From: Veleropilina oligotropha
Taxonomy: Eukaryota
Reading direction: 5' to 3'
Length of the DNA stretch: 20,000 nt
Assembly: GCA_048128005.1 (NCBI GenBank)
Contig: JBEUKZ010000067.1
Location: 237,597 to 257,596 of the forward strand
The stretch's first letter is position 1. Every line of letters starts with the position of its first letter. A program made the position numbers and the translations under genes. Under the pieces are notes generated by a model, which worked only from the letters and a program-made list of their open reading frames with translations, searched no databases and was not told the DNA's origin. This document shows, one piece after another, positions 10,401 through 20,000 of the stretch.

Positions 10401-13400
10401 CGATGCTTAATGTCCTATATATTTATAACCTATAGGTTCAAGGCAGGACATATCCTTATTGTTGGGGGAGGAAAACCCGATCTCTCTGAGAAAACTGCCA
10501 TCTTCGGTCAGTTACGAATAACTGTGAGTGGTAAATGAACAAAAAACATGCCATTTCGCAAACGGAGATTCGAACACACCTCTGTTAGTCAGTGCAGAGT
10601 CAGTACCCGAGACCACACGGTAACCGAAGCGGTCGACCTACTGTAGTGGTTATACGACACCGATAGTGCAATACATATACGGCACGGAAGGAGTAAATCC
10701 AACATCGGGCCATATTTAATTTATTTATAGTGAAACACATGATGATTTATTACAAATGAAGCAATGAACATGCTAGGCAATATTAGAAGCAATATTTGGT
10801 GAGAATCTTCCATCCAATTTCTTCGTGCTGTTATCTTAACTGTTAGCGTTGCATGTGGGCGCAAAAAGTACAGGTGATGCCATGGGGGAACTAGTTAGCT
10901 AGGAGTTTACGTGTAGGTGCGGGGATTATTGGACCAGAAGACCAACTTTTACGACTCAATTTTCAATGATGTTGAACTTGGAACATTACGTTAATAAAGC
11001 TGGGAAATAATGTATGTACGTATAGCTCGGCTGTATATGTAGAAGTTGATTATAATGAATAAATTCGAGTATAATGTCATCGTTGTTAATGACACAATCA
11101 GCACGAGACTTGCAGTTCACGATACGCTATTACAGTCCAAATCTAGTGTACCAAGAAGTGTACTTTCCTTGTGAGATCTGATTTAAGTAAGGACGTTGCG
11201 TTTCTGGGGTGAAAGTCCATAAGCAAAATCACCAGGTATTTGGGTAGTTTGTGGGGAGGGGGTGACAAAGATGCAACATAAGATGGGTTCAATGTTGTAT
11301 CCCGAGGAACGCCACCCACAGCCGTAACTTGATCTGATCTTGATCCACTCCTTATAAATTTATGGATGCGGTTGGTCAGTAATTCTGGGATCCACGCATG
11401 CGTCCTCGGATGGAAATCTACCCCAGAAATAACAGTGTTTCCACATAGCGTCGAGAAGGTCAGAAATATCTTACCAGTCTATAATACTATGTAATAGCTG
11501 ATAGCTGAGTCGTGTGTCGGTCAGTAGTTGATGTTATTAGCTTCGTCATGACCTTGCTTCATGCTGAACATATATTACACGCATGAAGTATCTGACCAAG
11601 ACATGCACGTGTACCTTGTTATTGATATTGATCGATAGTTACATGCAATATTTCGGTTCCTTGGCCTTTTAATGACTGATATATGACAAGTTTCAATCTA
11701 AATTCTTGTAGTTTATTGTATTGGATGTTTTCTGGTTACTAGTATCCACTAATATTTTTAATCGATGAACGATATTTTATATAATACATTTTGGACTTGC
11801 TGCTCGAGATCACACACAGTTGCCATTTCGTAAGAAAACTAAGAATGTATGTGGCTTCATTGCAGCATTGTATCAATGGATCATTTAGGTGTTTTTATGT
11901 TGTTGTGATGCATGTGTGAATTTCATAATTTTAGGTAATACATTTTCATTAACATCGGTGGTTGTCTGTGTAAACATTTAATAACATAGTTTAATTAAAT
12001 CTACTTCGATCATTGTTAGTATTAAAAGTGCAGCCAGCGTTATACAGTCTAGTAGTATTGTATATTCCTCTCGTTTCTGGTCTTATCTAGCGTTATATAC
12101 TGTACAGCTGCCTCATTGGGATTATCTTGTTTTAATCTTGTTTTCAAGACCGAAGTAGCAGATCAATAGTTTATGGTGATGATAATGATATAGAAATTAG
12201 TAACGTTTTCATTTTTTCACGTCTGTCATTTATTTACAATGTGCAAGCACGGGCCGATTGGTTTTTCATTCGTTCTTGTTTTACCCGTTCCGACAGCCGT
12301 GTGGTTTCGATTGTAGATTCCGAAAATTACTGGCTTGATTCCAATGACACGACCAGTAGTGGGTTCGAGTCTCGGTTGGGACCGGCCATTAATTATTCCG
12401 TAACTGATCGGAGAGGTCTGATTTCCCAAGCGACAGGACTTTCTTCCCGCGATAATATGGAAATGACATTGTCCTACTTTGAACCTGATTGTTGTAAATA
12501 ACAGTACACTAAGCATCGAGTGTTTCTTGTTTTTTCTTCTTATGTTGTGCTGTAAACATGCTCTCCATTTGCCGGTTGGCATTATGCTAATTACATGGTT
12601 TTCCGACACAACAGATGATCCTCTTGTTTATGCCCCTGAAAGTAACACTGTTCTGATCTACCATTTGAAACCTTCAAAGTACAGTGCTATTTTATACCAC
12701 CGTCCGTGAAACTTAATTTAAAAAGTGATTCGTCCATTACAGCCAAACTCTTCATCCCCACCTCCTGAATTAATATTCTAGAGCTCCTATGGTCTTTATT
12801 ATAAAAATAACACCGATGCAAATCACGAATAGCCAGCCTGCTTTATATTTTTTCTAAATGTTACTAGTATTAGCAAACGTACATGTAACATAATGATATT
12901 AATTTAAACGATATATACTGTAGTGAAATTAATGATACCAAGAGACATGATTTTGTTCAGTGAATCCGTGAGTCTAAGCTATCAATGAATATCCAACCTG
13001 TTTGACATTGGTCTCCCATGAACGGCAAACCGTCGCAGTTGCAGGAATCTGCCGCACCGCCGGTACCAGTGTCACACGGTGCGATATTCTCGCACACTGG
13101 GTCACAGGCAGCTAAAACGTGATATATATAATTATATTATCTAACATCAGATACTAGTCTTTTGCAATACTATCCATACAGTCATATAGCCAATTATTAC
13201 TAAATATGTGGTCAAACAGACCTACTAAAATGTTTGCGACGGCCAACCAGGTAGTGAGGATAGTGCCATCATAAAGTATAGTTAATGGTAATATTGTAAA
13301 ATATTGTTTAATTGAAACTGTGAAATAGTGAGAGCATGTTCCCGCCACGTAGATCAAGTATGTTAACCAACACATTATTAACATACATGTTTATCAAATC

Positions 13401-16400
13401 CGCAATGTGATATTTGCAATAAATATTGCCGTGCGACGAATATCCGTGATCTTTTACCGGTAGTTCGCCCCCCCCCCCCCATTTTTATGAGGCGTTATAT
13501 CTGAATAATCACTGTTTTTGCGAGAGAGAAAGGCACAACCATGTTACTCATGAATATCCATAATGACACAAGTTGAGTTTTTGGTCAATAGAATTGTAAA
13601 ACTACGCATCTTTATTCAAGCCTTCCGTAGCATATCTCACGGGAATACTTATGGAGTAAATGATACTTTCTGAATATTTTGATTTTGAAATGCGAACTGT
13701 ATATTCCTTTTACTTAAACTTTGGGTAATAATGCACCAAAGTGCAATAGTCATCTCAAATCTTTGTTTTGTTGCCACAAGCGAAAAAATTGTAGATGAAA
13801 GTCCAGCATTAGACACAAAGTCGTCTCTAGGAGAAAGCCATAATTGCAAACAAACGCAACTTAAATTTATTATTTGTGATAGCACAACGTGTCTTACCTT
13901 CAGCAACTAAATACTGCTGACCAAGAATCATCAGACTCAACACGACAACGGCAACCTGCAGATAATACATGTACGGTATACAGCATCCTAACTGGTGTTC
14001 AGGTACCTCTGTGTAAGTATCCAGTATAAGTATTCGGATATCGCCTTTTGCGAAATCGATGTATAAATATAAATTACCCTGCATTTGCTATATAATATAT
14101 TGGCATTACCGTCAGTGTGACAGTTTATGGCTCAGCAAAGTTTAATGGTATCAACTATTAACATTTTTAATCATTCTTTGTAATTTAGAATAGCCAATTC
14201 ATTATTATACAAATAACAAAAGCTTCACCACTTCTATAGCCTTACATCAGGGGCCTGTTTCACGTACATGACTTAGACTATAGCCTAAGTCGGTTATTTT
14301 CACGAACAAAAATGGTGGACACTATCCGTTCGAATATCTTGTAGCCAATTAAACATATTTTAGTTCTACATTGAGGCATACCACTACTTTAAATATAAGT
14401 CATTTTCATGAAAATATATTATTATCGTAAATAGAAATAATAATTATTAGTTTAGAAAGAAAACAAAAGTATGCCAAGCACCGTACATTTCGCTCCAGGG
14501 AGACAACTCCGCCTTAGATGGCTATGATCCTTAGCCAGCTACATAGGTGGCTAAGGATGTGATAGTCGACTAGATATTTCAAGACGCAGCACACTGTTAA
14601 AATAAGGCGATATGGTAGAGTTGTCTCACTGGAGTGAAATGTATGACGCTTGGCATACATTTGTCTTCTTTCTAAATTAATAATTATTATCTCTAATTTA
14701 CGATAATAATATATTTTCTTGAAAATGACATATTTAAAGTAGTGGTATGACCCAATGAAGAACTAAAATATGTTTAATTGGCTAAATGATATTCGAAAAG
14801 GGTGATGTCCACAATTTTTTGTTCGTCAAAATAACCGACTTCGGCTATAGCATAAGTCATGTACGTGAAACAGGCCCATGGTCAATCAATATTAAATCTT
14901 GAACTCGTTTCTCCGGGATTGTAGTCCCGTGCCATAATCACTCGGGCACGCAGATCCGTCGCAGTTGAGATTTCCGTGTACGGTATGTATCCGAGCCGAT
15001 ACTGATTTATATTGCATTTGTCCGCTGGTATGTCGCGAATTCAAGATGTACCTATCTCTCGCGTACACTCTACGACGCACCCCCTCAACGAAAGGAAATT
15101 AAAAGAAAGAATCGATGCTTATTGTCCTGTATATTTCGAACCAAATACATAATATGCACTCATATTGTCGCGGGAGGAAAGCCCGGCACTGAGGGGAAAC
15201 CAGACCTCTTCGACCAGTTACGGACAACTGTGATTCATAACTTGAACAAATAATGTCATGTTCCAACCGAGATTCGAACCCACTATACTGTTAGCGTCAG
15301 AGGTATCAAGTCAGTGATTTTTCGGAGTCTGCAACCGAAACCACACGACTGTCGGAGCGGCGTTCCATTCACAACGAGGCTAGTGCGCAATATTGCAAAA
15401 ATAGAGTTTATTATAAGCCCGATAAATCTGCCCCTAATTACAAGCTCGAAATCCTGACGGTCGCGTGTATAGGGTCAGATGCGAATGTTATCAGCCAATC
15501 AAAGCGGGTTTCCGGTTGGTTAACCCGCTTTGATTGGTTGATGCGAATCTTTTCGTTTTGTTAATGGCTTCGAATTAACACGCTTCCAGTAACAATATAA
15601 GCTTATAATGTGACTTATATCACTAGGATTGATCAAAAATAAAGTCAGGTGAGTGTGAAATAGTTTATTGATATGTGGATATCGAAAGATTCGCCGTATG
15701 GCACGTAAAGGTGTCGATATCGCTGTCGCTAGATTTGGGTTACAGACCCACGCTTTTTTAATAGCGGCGACATATGACCCTATACACGCGATCGTCAGGA
15801 TTTCGGGCTTGTAATTAGGGGCAGATTTATCGGGCTAATTGAATATATACTACGAGGCAATAAAAACGCAAATTGAATGGGCAAAGCTATTCTATTCCAC
15901 GATGAAGCAAAATAATGCATTTCATTACAGTGCAACAAACGTTTAAGTATTCACGAGTGATTTCATTGGCGATATCACAAAGAAATTAGTGAAATCAGGT
16001 CAACCCCGGGTTCACCAGAAAGATTTTCAAAATCTTGTCTGACCGCCCTATGCTCGTTTGTAGACGACGTGGAATTGATAAACACATAATTATGGGAAAT
16101 AAGATCGAGTGGAGTTGACCTCCAGTGGTGTTGCAAGGTTTCGATGAGTTTAGCAACGTTACGTGGCTGGTTATATTGACGTCGAACATGGCGTCCAAGT
16201 TCGTCCCACCAAGGATCATGGAGATCAAGTCTTGATGATATTATGAAAGGTCACTGTAGCACTGTTACATCGGCCGAGCAGAAATCTCACTGAGTTTCAT
16301 TATCATACTGACAAATTACCACTGTACGTGAACACACCGGTAGTCAACAAAACACGACTCACGGTGAGTATCCCTGACTGTCAGAGCGTTCATTACCCTC

Positions 16401-16704
16401 AATATTCAGTTTAATATGGTTTGCGTTTTCACTGCCTCTCAGTATATAATAAGGCTAATACGGTCGTTGTCGGCACAGGATATACTCATCTGCACCAGAA
16501 TACAATGGAGTATACCTGGCTACATACATAAGCTACCCATCATGTTCTTCTTATGCGATTCGTAATGACATTGCCTCATAATTTTACGACTGTTTAAATA
16601 TATGTGATATTCCTGATGCGCTTTTTGGTTTTATGATTTTGTACATTTACAACCTATCCAGTAAGCCGTGTTCATTCACAGAGCAGTGATTGCCTTACCT
16701 TCAT
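839..16704 (-). CDS. Spliced gene for a secreted tandem EGF-like repeat protein (3'-partial; continues beyond position 1). join(complement): 16699-16704, 13898-13955, 12998-13111, 9851-9961, 7992-8102, 6124-6234, 4236-4346, 3826-3939, 3004-3111, 839-946
   Basis: All junctions are GT-AG with compatible phases (0, then 1, then 1-1 throughout). The 952 nt join has no stop and reads MKVAVVVLSLMILGQQYLVAEA ACDPVCENIAPCDTGTGGAADSCNCDGLPFMGDQCQT AATCAPTCTNGACMGTATGTAACDCTRTFFMGDQCAT YAVCDPTCTNGAC..., i.e. a hydrophobic signal peptide plus 8 six-Cys modules. Confidence 0.85.
1415..2141. repeat. ~20-22 bp minisatellite (AATGAATTTCCAATTTTTGAGA), probably the internal array of a truncated non-autonomous DNA element
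   Basis: Five perfect 22-bp copies at 1415-1524, then degenerate 'aatttccaatattgataa'-type units to ~2100. The transposon origin is inference. Confidence 0.85.
2741..2924 (-). mobile_element. 5'-truncated SINE fragment
   Basis: 'atcgatgcttaatgtcctg' and 'cgaccagttacggacaactgtgattcataa' match 15111-15240. Confidence 0.7.
2925..2955 (+). mobile_element. Possible Helitron 3' terminus
   Basis: Perfect hairpin CACCCGTTT-CT-AAACGGGTG, 6-nt spacer, then CTAG followed by T. No 5' end identified. Confidence 0.4.
3004..3111 (-). CDS. EGF-like exon 7 (ATVCDPTCTNGFCKNTGTGTVCDCIGTAFTGNQCAT)
   Basis: tctttcttacag|CCACC...GCAACAG|gtaaat; 108 nt, phase 1-1. Confidence 0.88.
3826..3939 (-). CDS. EGF-like exon 6 (DVTCSPICDNNGVCKGSTEGTSVCDCVGLAFTGAQCQT)
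   Basis: catttttttcag|ATGTT...CAGACAG|gtacac; 114 nt, phase 1-1; divergent paralog with all 6 Cys kept. Confidence 0.88.
4236..4346 (-). CDS. EGF-like exon 5 (DAVCDPVCINGVCMGTATGTAACDCTGTLFMGDQCAT)
   Basis: tctctcctacag|ACGCT...GCAACAG|gtaatg; 111 nt, phase 1-1. Confidence 0.87.
4773..5019 (-). mobile_element. tRNA-derived SINE with 14-bp TSD (unit A copy)
   Basis: Minus strand has an A-box-like taaccgtgtgg, B box GTTCGAATC, a central conserved segment and a caatc-type tail. Flanked by ATCTATTGTAGTGG at 4759-4772 and 5020-5033. Confidence 0.8.
6124..6234 (-). CDS. EGF-like exon 4 (DSVCALTCTNGACMGTATGTAACDCTGTFFMRDQCAT)
   Basis: tctctaatacag|ACTCT...GCAACAG|gtaatg; 111 nt, phase 1-1; carries P>L and G>R changes at otherwise conserved positions. 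Confidence 0.8.
6662..6885 (-). mobile_element. Same SINE insertion, unit B copy
   Basis: Same head, B box and TSD (6648-6661 / 6886-6899, one mismatch); tail shortened by a small deletion. Confidence 0.8.
7992..8102 (-). CDS. EGF-like exon 3 (xAVCDPTCTNGACMGTATGTAACDCTGTFFMGDQCAT)
   Basis: tctctaatacag|ACGCT...GCAACAG|gtaatg; 111 nt, phase 1-1. Confidence 0.85.
8530..8753 (-). mobile_element. Same SINE insertion, unit C copy
   Basis: As unit B; left TSD copy at 8516-8529. Confidence 0.8.
9719..9822 (-). pseudogene. Acceptor-less duplicate of EGF exon 2 (from a 132-bp tandem duplication, 9691-9822 / 9823-9954)
   Basis: Matches exon 2 but lacks its first bases and the AG acceptor. Read-through from exon 2 hits TGA in frame (ACA TGT AAT GGA TAT CAC TAT CGA GGT TGA). 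Confidence 0.75.
9851..9961 (-). CDS. EGF-like exon 2 (AATCAPTCTNGACMGTATGTAACDCTRTFFMGDQCAT)
   Basis: tctctcctacag|CCGCC...GCAACAT|gtaatg; 111 nt, phase 1-1. The donor -1 base is T here, whereas it is G in the other copies. Confidence 0.72.
10389..10635 (-). mobile_element. Same SINE insertion, unit D copy
   Basis: As unit A (long tail); TSD slightly degenerate. Confidence 0.78.
12283..12523 (+). mobile_element. tRNA-derived SINE of a related family, independent insertion
   Basis: cagccgtgtgg (A-box-like), GGTTCGAGTC (B box), shared 'cgtaactga' core and 'taagcatcga' tail; flanked by TTCTTGTTTT at 12273-12282 and 12524-12533. Confidence 0.75.
12998..13111 (-). CDS. EGF-like exon 1 (AACDPVCENIAPCDTGTGGAADSCNCDGLPFMGDQCQT)
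   Basis: cacgttttag|CTGCC...AAACAG|gttgga; 114 nt, phase 1-1; 6 Cys with CxC-x9-C ending. Confidence 0.88.
13898..13955 (-). CDS. Signal-peptide exon (VAVVVLSLMILGQQYLVAE + G)
   Basis: ttatctgcag|GTTGCC...GCTGAAG|gtaag; 58 nt, phase 0 to phase 1; hydrophobic core followed by an A-E-A cleavage-like motif. Confidence 0.8.
14251..14877. mobile_element. Foldback MITE with ~260-bp inverted arms (possibly PIF/Harbinger-like)
   Basis: Starts GGGCCTGTTTCACGTACATGACTTA and ends TAAGTCATGTACGTGAAACAGGCCC; arms pair inward to gagacaactc / gagttgtctc; central hairpin at 14528-14559. TSD is not clean (CAG / ATG). Confidence 0.85.
15091..15361 (-). mobile_element. tRNA-derived SINE of a related family
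   Basis: Reverse-complement homolog of the 12283 copy: atcgatgctt tail, cagttacggacaactgtg core, gattcgaaccc B box, ccacacgactgtcgga head. Confidence 0.75.
15417..15835. mobile_element. MITE, PIF/Harbinger (Tourist)-like, with ~60-bp terminal inverted repeats and TAA TSD
   Basis: TAA|GCCCGATAAATCTGCCCCTAATTACAAG ... CTTGTAATTAGGGGCAGATTTATCGGGC|TAA; internal hairpin at 15490-15542. Confidence 0.88.
16699..16704 (-). CDS. Putative start exon, coding part ATG AAG (MK); exon probably spans 16699-16738
   Basis: Minus strand reads ...aagatcaaaatATGAAG|gtaagg, a strong donor in phase 0 that matches the next exon and gives MK-VAVVVLSL. An upstream acceptor-like ttttatgacatctttattgtag ends at 16739. 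Inferred by fit, not by transcript evidence. Confidence 0.6.
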
Positions 16705-16898
16705 ATTTTGATCTTTTCTTTCACCACGAACGAGTAAGCTACAATAAAGATGTCATAAAAAGAAATCAGTACGAAAAATTTGTAAGAGAATATCGTCTCA
16801 TATAATTTATGTTTTCACCAATGTCTGAAATTAAAATATCAGAACCATCCTGGTGCTGAGTTTCAATGTCAAATGATATCAAAGGTAATTTCATTGTG

Positions 16899-16957
16899 TT
16901 ATAGATAATACACTGCCAGCCCTAGCCGAGGGGTGACAGTTGTATTATCTGTTATAA
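16899..16957. repeat. Imperfect palindrome, possibly a transposon remnant
   Basis: agataatacactgcca ... tgacagttgtattatct form inverted arms around a GC-rich loop. Confidence 0.5.
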
Positions 16958-17974
16958 ACACAAATCTATTTTAAATTGCAATTATCACCCTTTAAAACAC
17001 GAAATTGACCGCCATAACGCTATCTTTCAAATTGCAAAACGCTATCTTGGGCGATATTTAACCCTCTGAATTATCGTTCTTTGGGGGTGAAAGTCGAAAG
17101 CCACGATATTGTCTTTTTGCATGCCCACCATGAAATAAAACGAAGAGCTCAGTCCAATTGCGTCTATGGACAGTTTTATTTTTTAGTTTGGTTTGGATTG
17201 AATCCATGCTTGATGTTCCATTTGTACACCCTCAGGGATCATGCCAGGACATGTCCATATTATCGCAAGAGAACATCCCGGTTGCCATGGAAACCTGCAA
17301 GCACCGGCCTGTTATGGTTACCCGTGACTGTTAATTGATAAAAGAGCTCAGAAGAGGTTCACTCACTCATAGTCACACAACAGCCTGAAGAAACATTTGG
17401 GAGCTACGCTCTTGTACAATATAAAACCAGGTCAACCTAATTTGCGAGGCAAAGGTATCCAGACAGCATTGAAGCATATATACACACACATCATCTCGAT
17501 AGATAACCAGCCGCCAGCTACTGCCCTCCAGCGTTGAGTCACCGATAGCATTAGATTTGCGATTTCCATTTAATACTGAAGCCTTTGTTCGGCAAAGTAA
17601 TAATCCATGTATCAAACAAAGACGTACAACTGTAGCGTTTAAAAACCATCGATGCAAACGCAGACTCTCCTCAATAATGCAAAATTGCATTACTGCATCA
17701 AGCGATAATGTCTGACGCATTACAGATAAAGGTCAATATTACGCTTACATCGAAGGTTCAATTGCTCATATAATATAAATCTACCGATGTGTACTTCATT
17801 TTGTAAATAGAATCATGTTAAATTTATTGATCTAATGGAAGAACATTTATTAACTAGATTAATGAAACATTTCTTGTTTTAACTTCAGATCGTGAATAGT
17901 GACATCGACATGGAGAGTAGGGAATAATGCAGCCGGCAAAGCACATTATAATTGCATATAATTATATTATTGCT

Positions 17975-18160
17975 GTAGAAAAGCCTGGTTAAGCGGAAAC
18001 CCCATCCCTCTCCTGCCAGTTACGAGCAACTGCGACTGGTACCTGAACAAAGAATACATTTCACTAATCGACGTTCGAACCCACATCTGTTAGACAGGGC
18101 AATCATGCGAGATAATACAGAGTCCGCCCAGTAATCCACTCGGCTAATGAAACTGTCCAC
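17975..18160 (-). mobile_element. Diverged SINE copy
   Basis: 'ccagttacgagcaactgcga...gaacaaa...ttcgaacccacatctgttag...ccactcggcta' follows the same motif order as the other SINE copies. Confidence 0.55.
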
Positions 18161-20000
18161 ACAGACATGTAGTATATCACTGGTAACACTATTGATATGT
18201 CACTATAGGAACTGAACTCCTAAGAATTCCTAAGAATTGTATTTCAAAGGATTTACATTAATTGTCCTGTAATCTGATACTGTCCCAGTGATAACCATAT
18301 TGGTGGTATGTGCACTTTAACCTTCGTCTGCCGAAGTCTTTTATGAAAGTGCTTTGTTCGAAATTGATGTTGATCTTCAAGCAAGTATTTTTTTTATAAA
18401 GGCAGCAATGTCAAATGCATAGTCATGACACCTGAAGCACGGTATTTGATAACTCTTCATGGCGTTTCTTTCAAAAGATTTCGCCCACTGCGCATATCCA
18501 CATTGTGGATGATGACAACAATGCAATAGGCGTTTGTCTGCATTAGAACGTTGAGCCAGACAGGAGTACAAAATATAGTGACACTTCAACGATTTTAATG
18601 TCATCGTCATATGACGAAAGTTCGTCATCACAATTGGGTTCGATTTTGAAGATATCTGATTGCGCAATGTCTCTATTATATAATATATTGCTATAAAATC
18701 GTATTTTAAGGCAGAATACTGATAATCTTAAGTTTTTACATTCTGATTAATTTTGTATTTAGTTAATTGTGAATATTTAGACATATGTCGCAAAATCTGT
18801 TTCCTTCCTCAACGCACGAGGTTTTACTTTAGTATTGTCCGGCTACCCCTAAGGAGCGATCATAAGACAATTCACTTGTTCACGGTTAAGCTGCTGTATG
18901 GGCTCTACTCCCGATTGAAGATATGTCGGATATGGTTATTGGGGTTCATGGGAAAGTTCGGTGTTCCTTCCAAGTTAATATGCACATATCCAATTACAAC
19001 TACAGACGTTCAAATTATAAACAAATCGTCTTATTGGCAACGTCTGTGCAACAAAAATCTCAAAAGTCGTCGGAATGCGCGCTTTTTAATATTGGAGAGC
19101 TCTCTAGCAAACGATAGTTATAAACTTGTAGTTGAACAGGTATTCCCCGAACAAAATGACGCCATCTATAATGACAGATTGTAAGGCGATGCGTTGATTA
19201 ACTACGATCATTATCAGACAGAAAAGTAGTTAATAATCGGAATGCGATCGACAGCGAGAATTAACCAATATATATAGTGATTTTATAGGCGAGACTTAAA
19301 AGATAATTCAAGTCTGTTATAATCCTGCGAATAAATGTGCCTTTACAGTAAACGACAAAGGGATAAATAAATAGGGTTTCTCCTTAAAAAATCACCTACA
19401 CAGATAAACGCATATTTTCATAATTTACTTTTCGCGAACAAATTAATGCATGATTTTTCAAGGAGGCGACTGCACCACCCGAGAGGCGTCTGAAATTTTC
19501 ACCAGGATGTTTATTCAGCTCATTTAAATGACCATGTTGACTTATTATTTAGCTGACGCTTTAGTGGTTTCTATTGTCCAACATGGAAACCTGTTTGTGT
19601 GAGGGACGCGGGAAGGAGTCACCAATGCTTCAGTACATCCTGGTCTTAGTTACTACCTTGTCCGTCGATACCAAATGAAGCGAAAACTTGTAAAATATTC
19701 TAGATAAGTGTACTCTAGGTTCTGAATTATATATATAAATATATATATGCGAGGCTTCAGCGGATGAGCGGTCGGCGAATCCGACACACAACAGAGACAG
19801 TTAGGTGTACCCGAGTTTGAGGCCAGCCAGCGGCTTATTCCACCTCTTATAATAATATAAAAGTATATGCCCATTGTCGGTCATATCGGGTTAAATTAAA
19901 ACATAAACCGACGGTATTCTGACTGCGATAAGGTGAAAACTTTACCAAAAGTGGTCGTAAAAGCAACCAACCAACATCAATGCAGGAACTAAGATATGAT

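Larger units (their letters stand above)
3949..11187. repeat. Tandem array of four ~1.75-1.89 kb units (A 3949-5835, B 5836-7703, C 7704-9456, D 9457-11187), each holding one EGF exon, intron sequence and a SINE
   Basis: Near-identical sequence recurs, e.g. 'tagtagaccttatgtatattca' near 3973, 5861, 7729 and 9456, and 'gaactggttaactaggagg' near 5272, 7138 and 9006. Units differ by point substitutions and deletions. Confidence 0.97.

Noticed and set aside
14892..15080. ORF containing 'NCDGSACP', superficially like EGF exon 1
   Set aside because: Only two cysteines and no flanking splice sites giving a phase 1-1 exon.
17361..17485. Possible 5'-UTR exon and TATA element for the EGF gene (minus-strand gtgagt at 17361-17366, TATATA near 17476)
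   Set aside because: The motifs are too short to support in AT-rich DNA without transcript data.
18377..19184. ORFs 18377-18667 (-) with Cys/His clusters and 18753-19184 (+)
   Set aside because: No recognisable domain, no ATG start in either and no convincing splice structure; a decayed gene or transposon fragment cannot be excluded without a search.
19750..19850. Possible additional SINE head on the plus strand
   Set aside because: A and B box matches are weak and there is no second copy in the window.

Overview
AT-rich eukaryotic genomic DNA; the repeat landscape suggests a marine invertebrate such as a bivalve (inference only). None of the supplied ORFs looks like a real gene. The main feature is a spliced minus-strand gene that the ORF track misses. 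It has a 6-nt start segment (ATGAAG at 16699-16704), a signal-peptide exon (13898-13955) and eight 108-114 nt phase 1-1 exons, each encoding one 6-Cys EGF-like module. The gene runs off the left edge of the window. Five of the EGF exons lie in copies of a recently amplified ~1.87 kb exon+intron unit: four in tandem at 3949-11187, plus a separate partial block at 1-1413. These copies are mosaics of each other, so the protein appears to be gaining EGF domains by tandem duplication. The introns carry a tRNA-derived SINE family (several copies with target-site duplications, TSDs), two inverted-repeat MITEs, a ~22-bp minisatellite and a possible Helitron 3' end.
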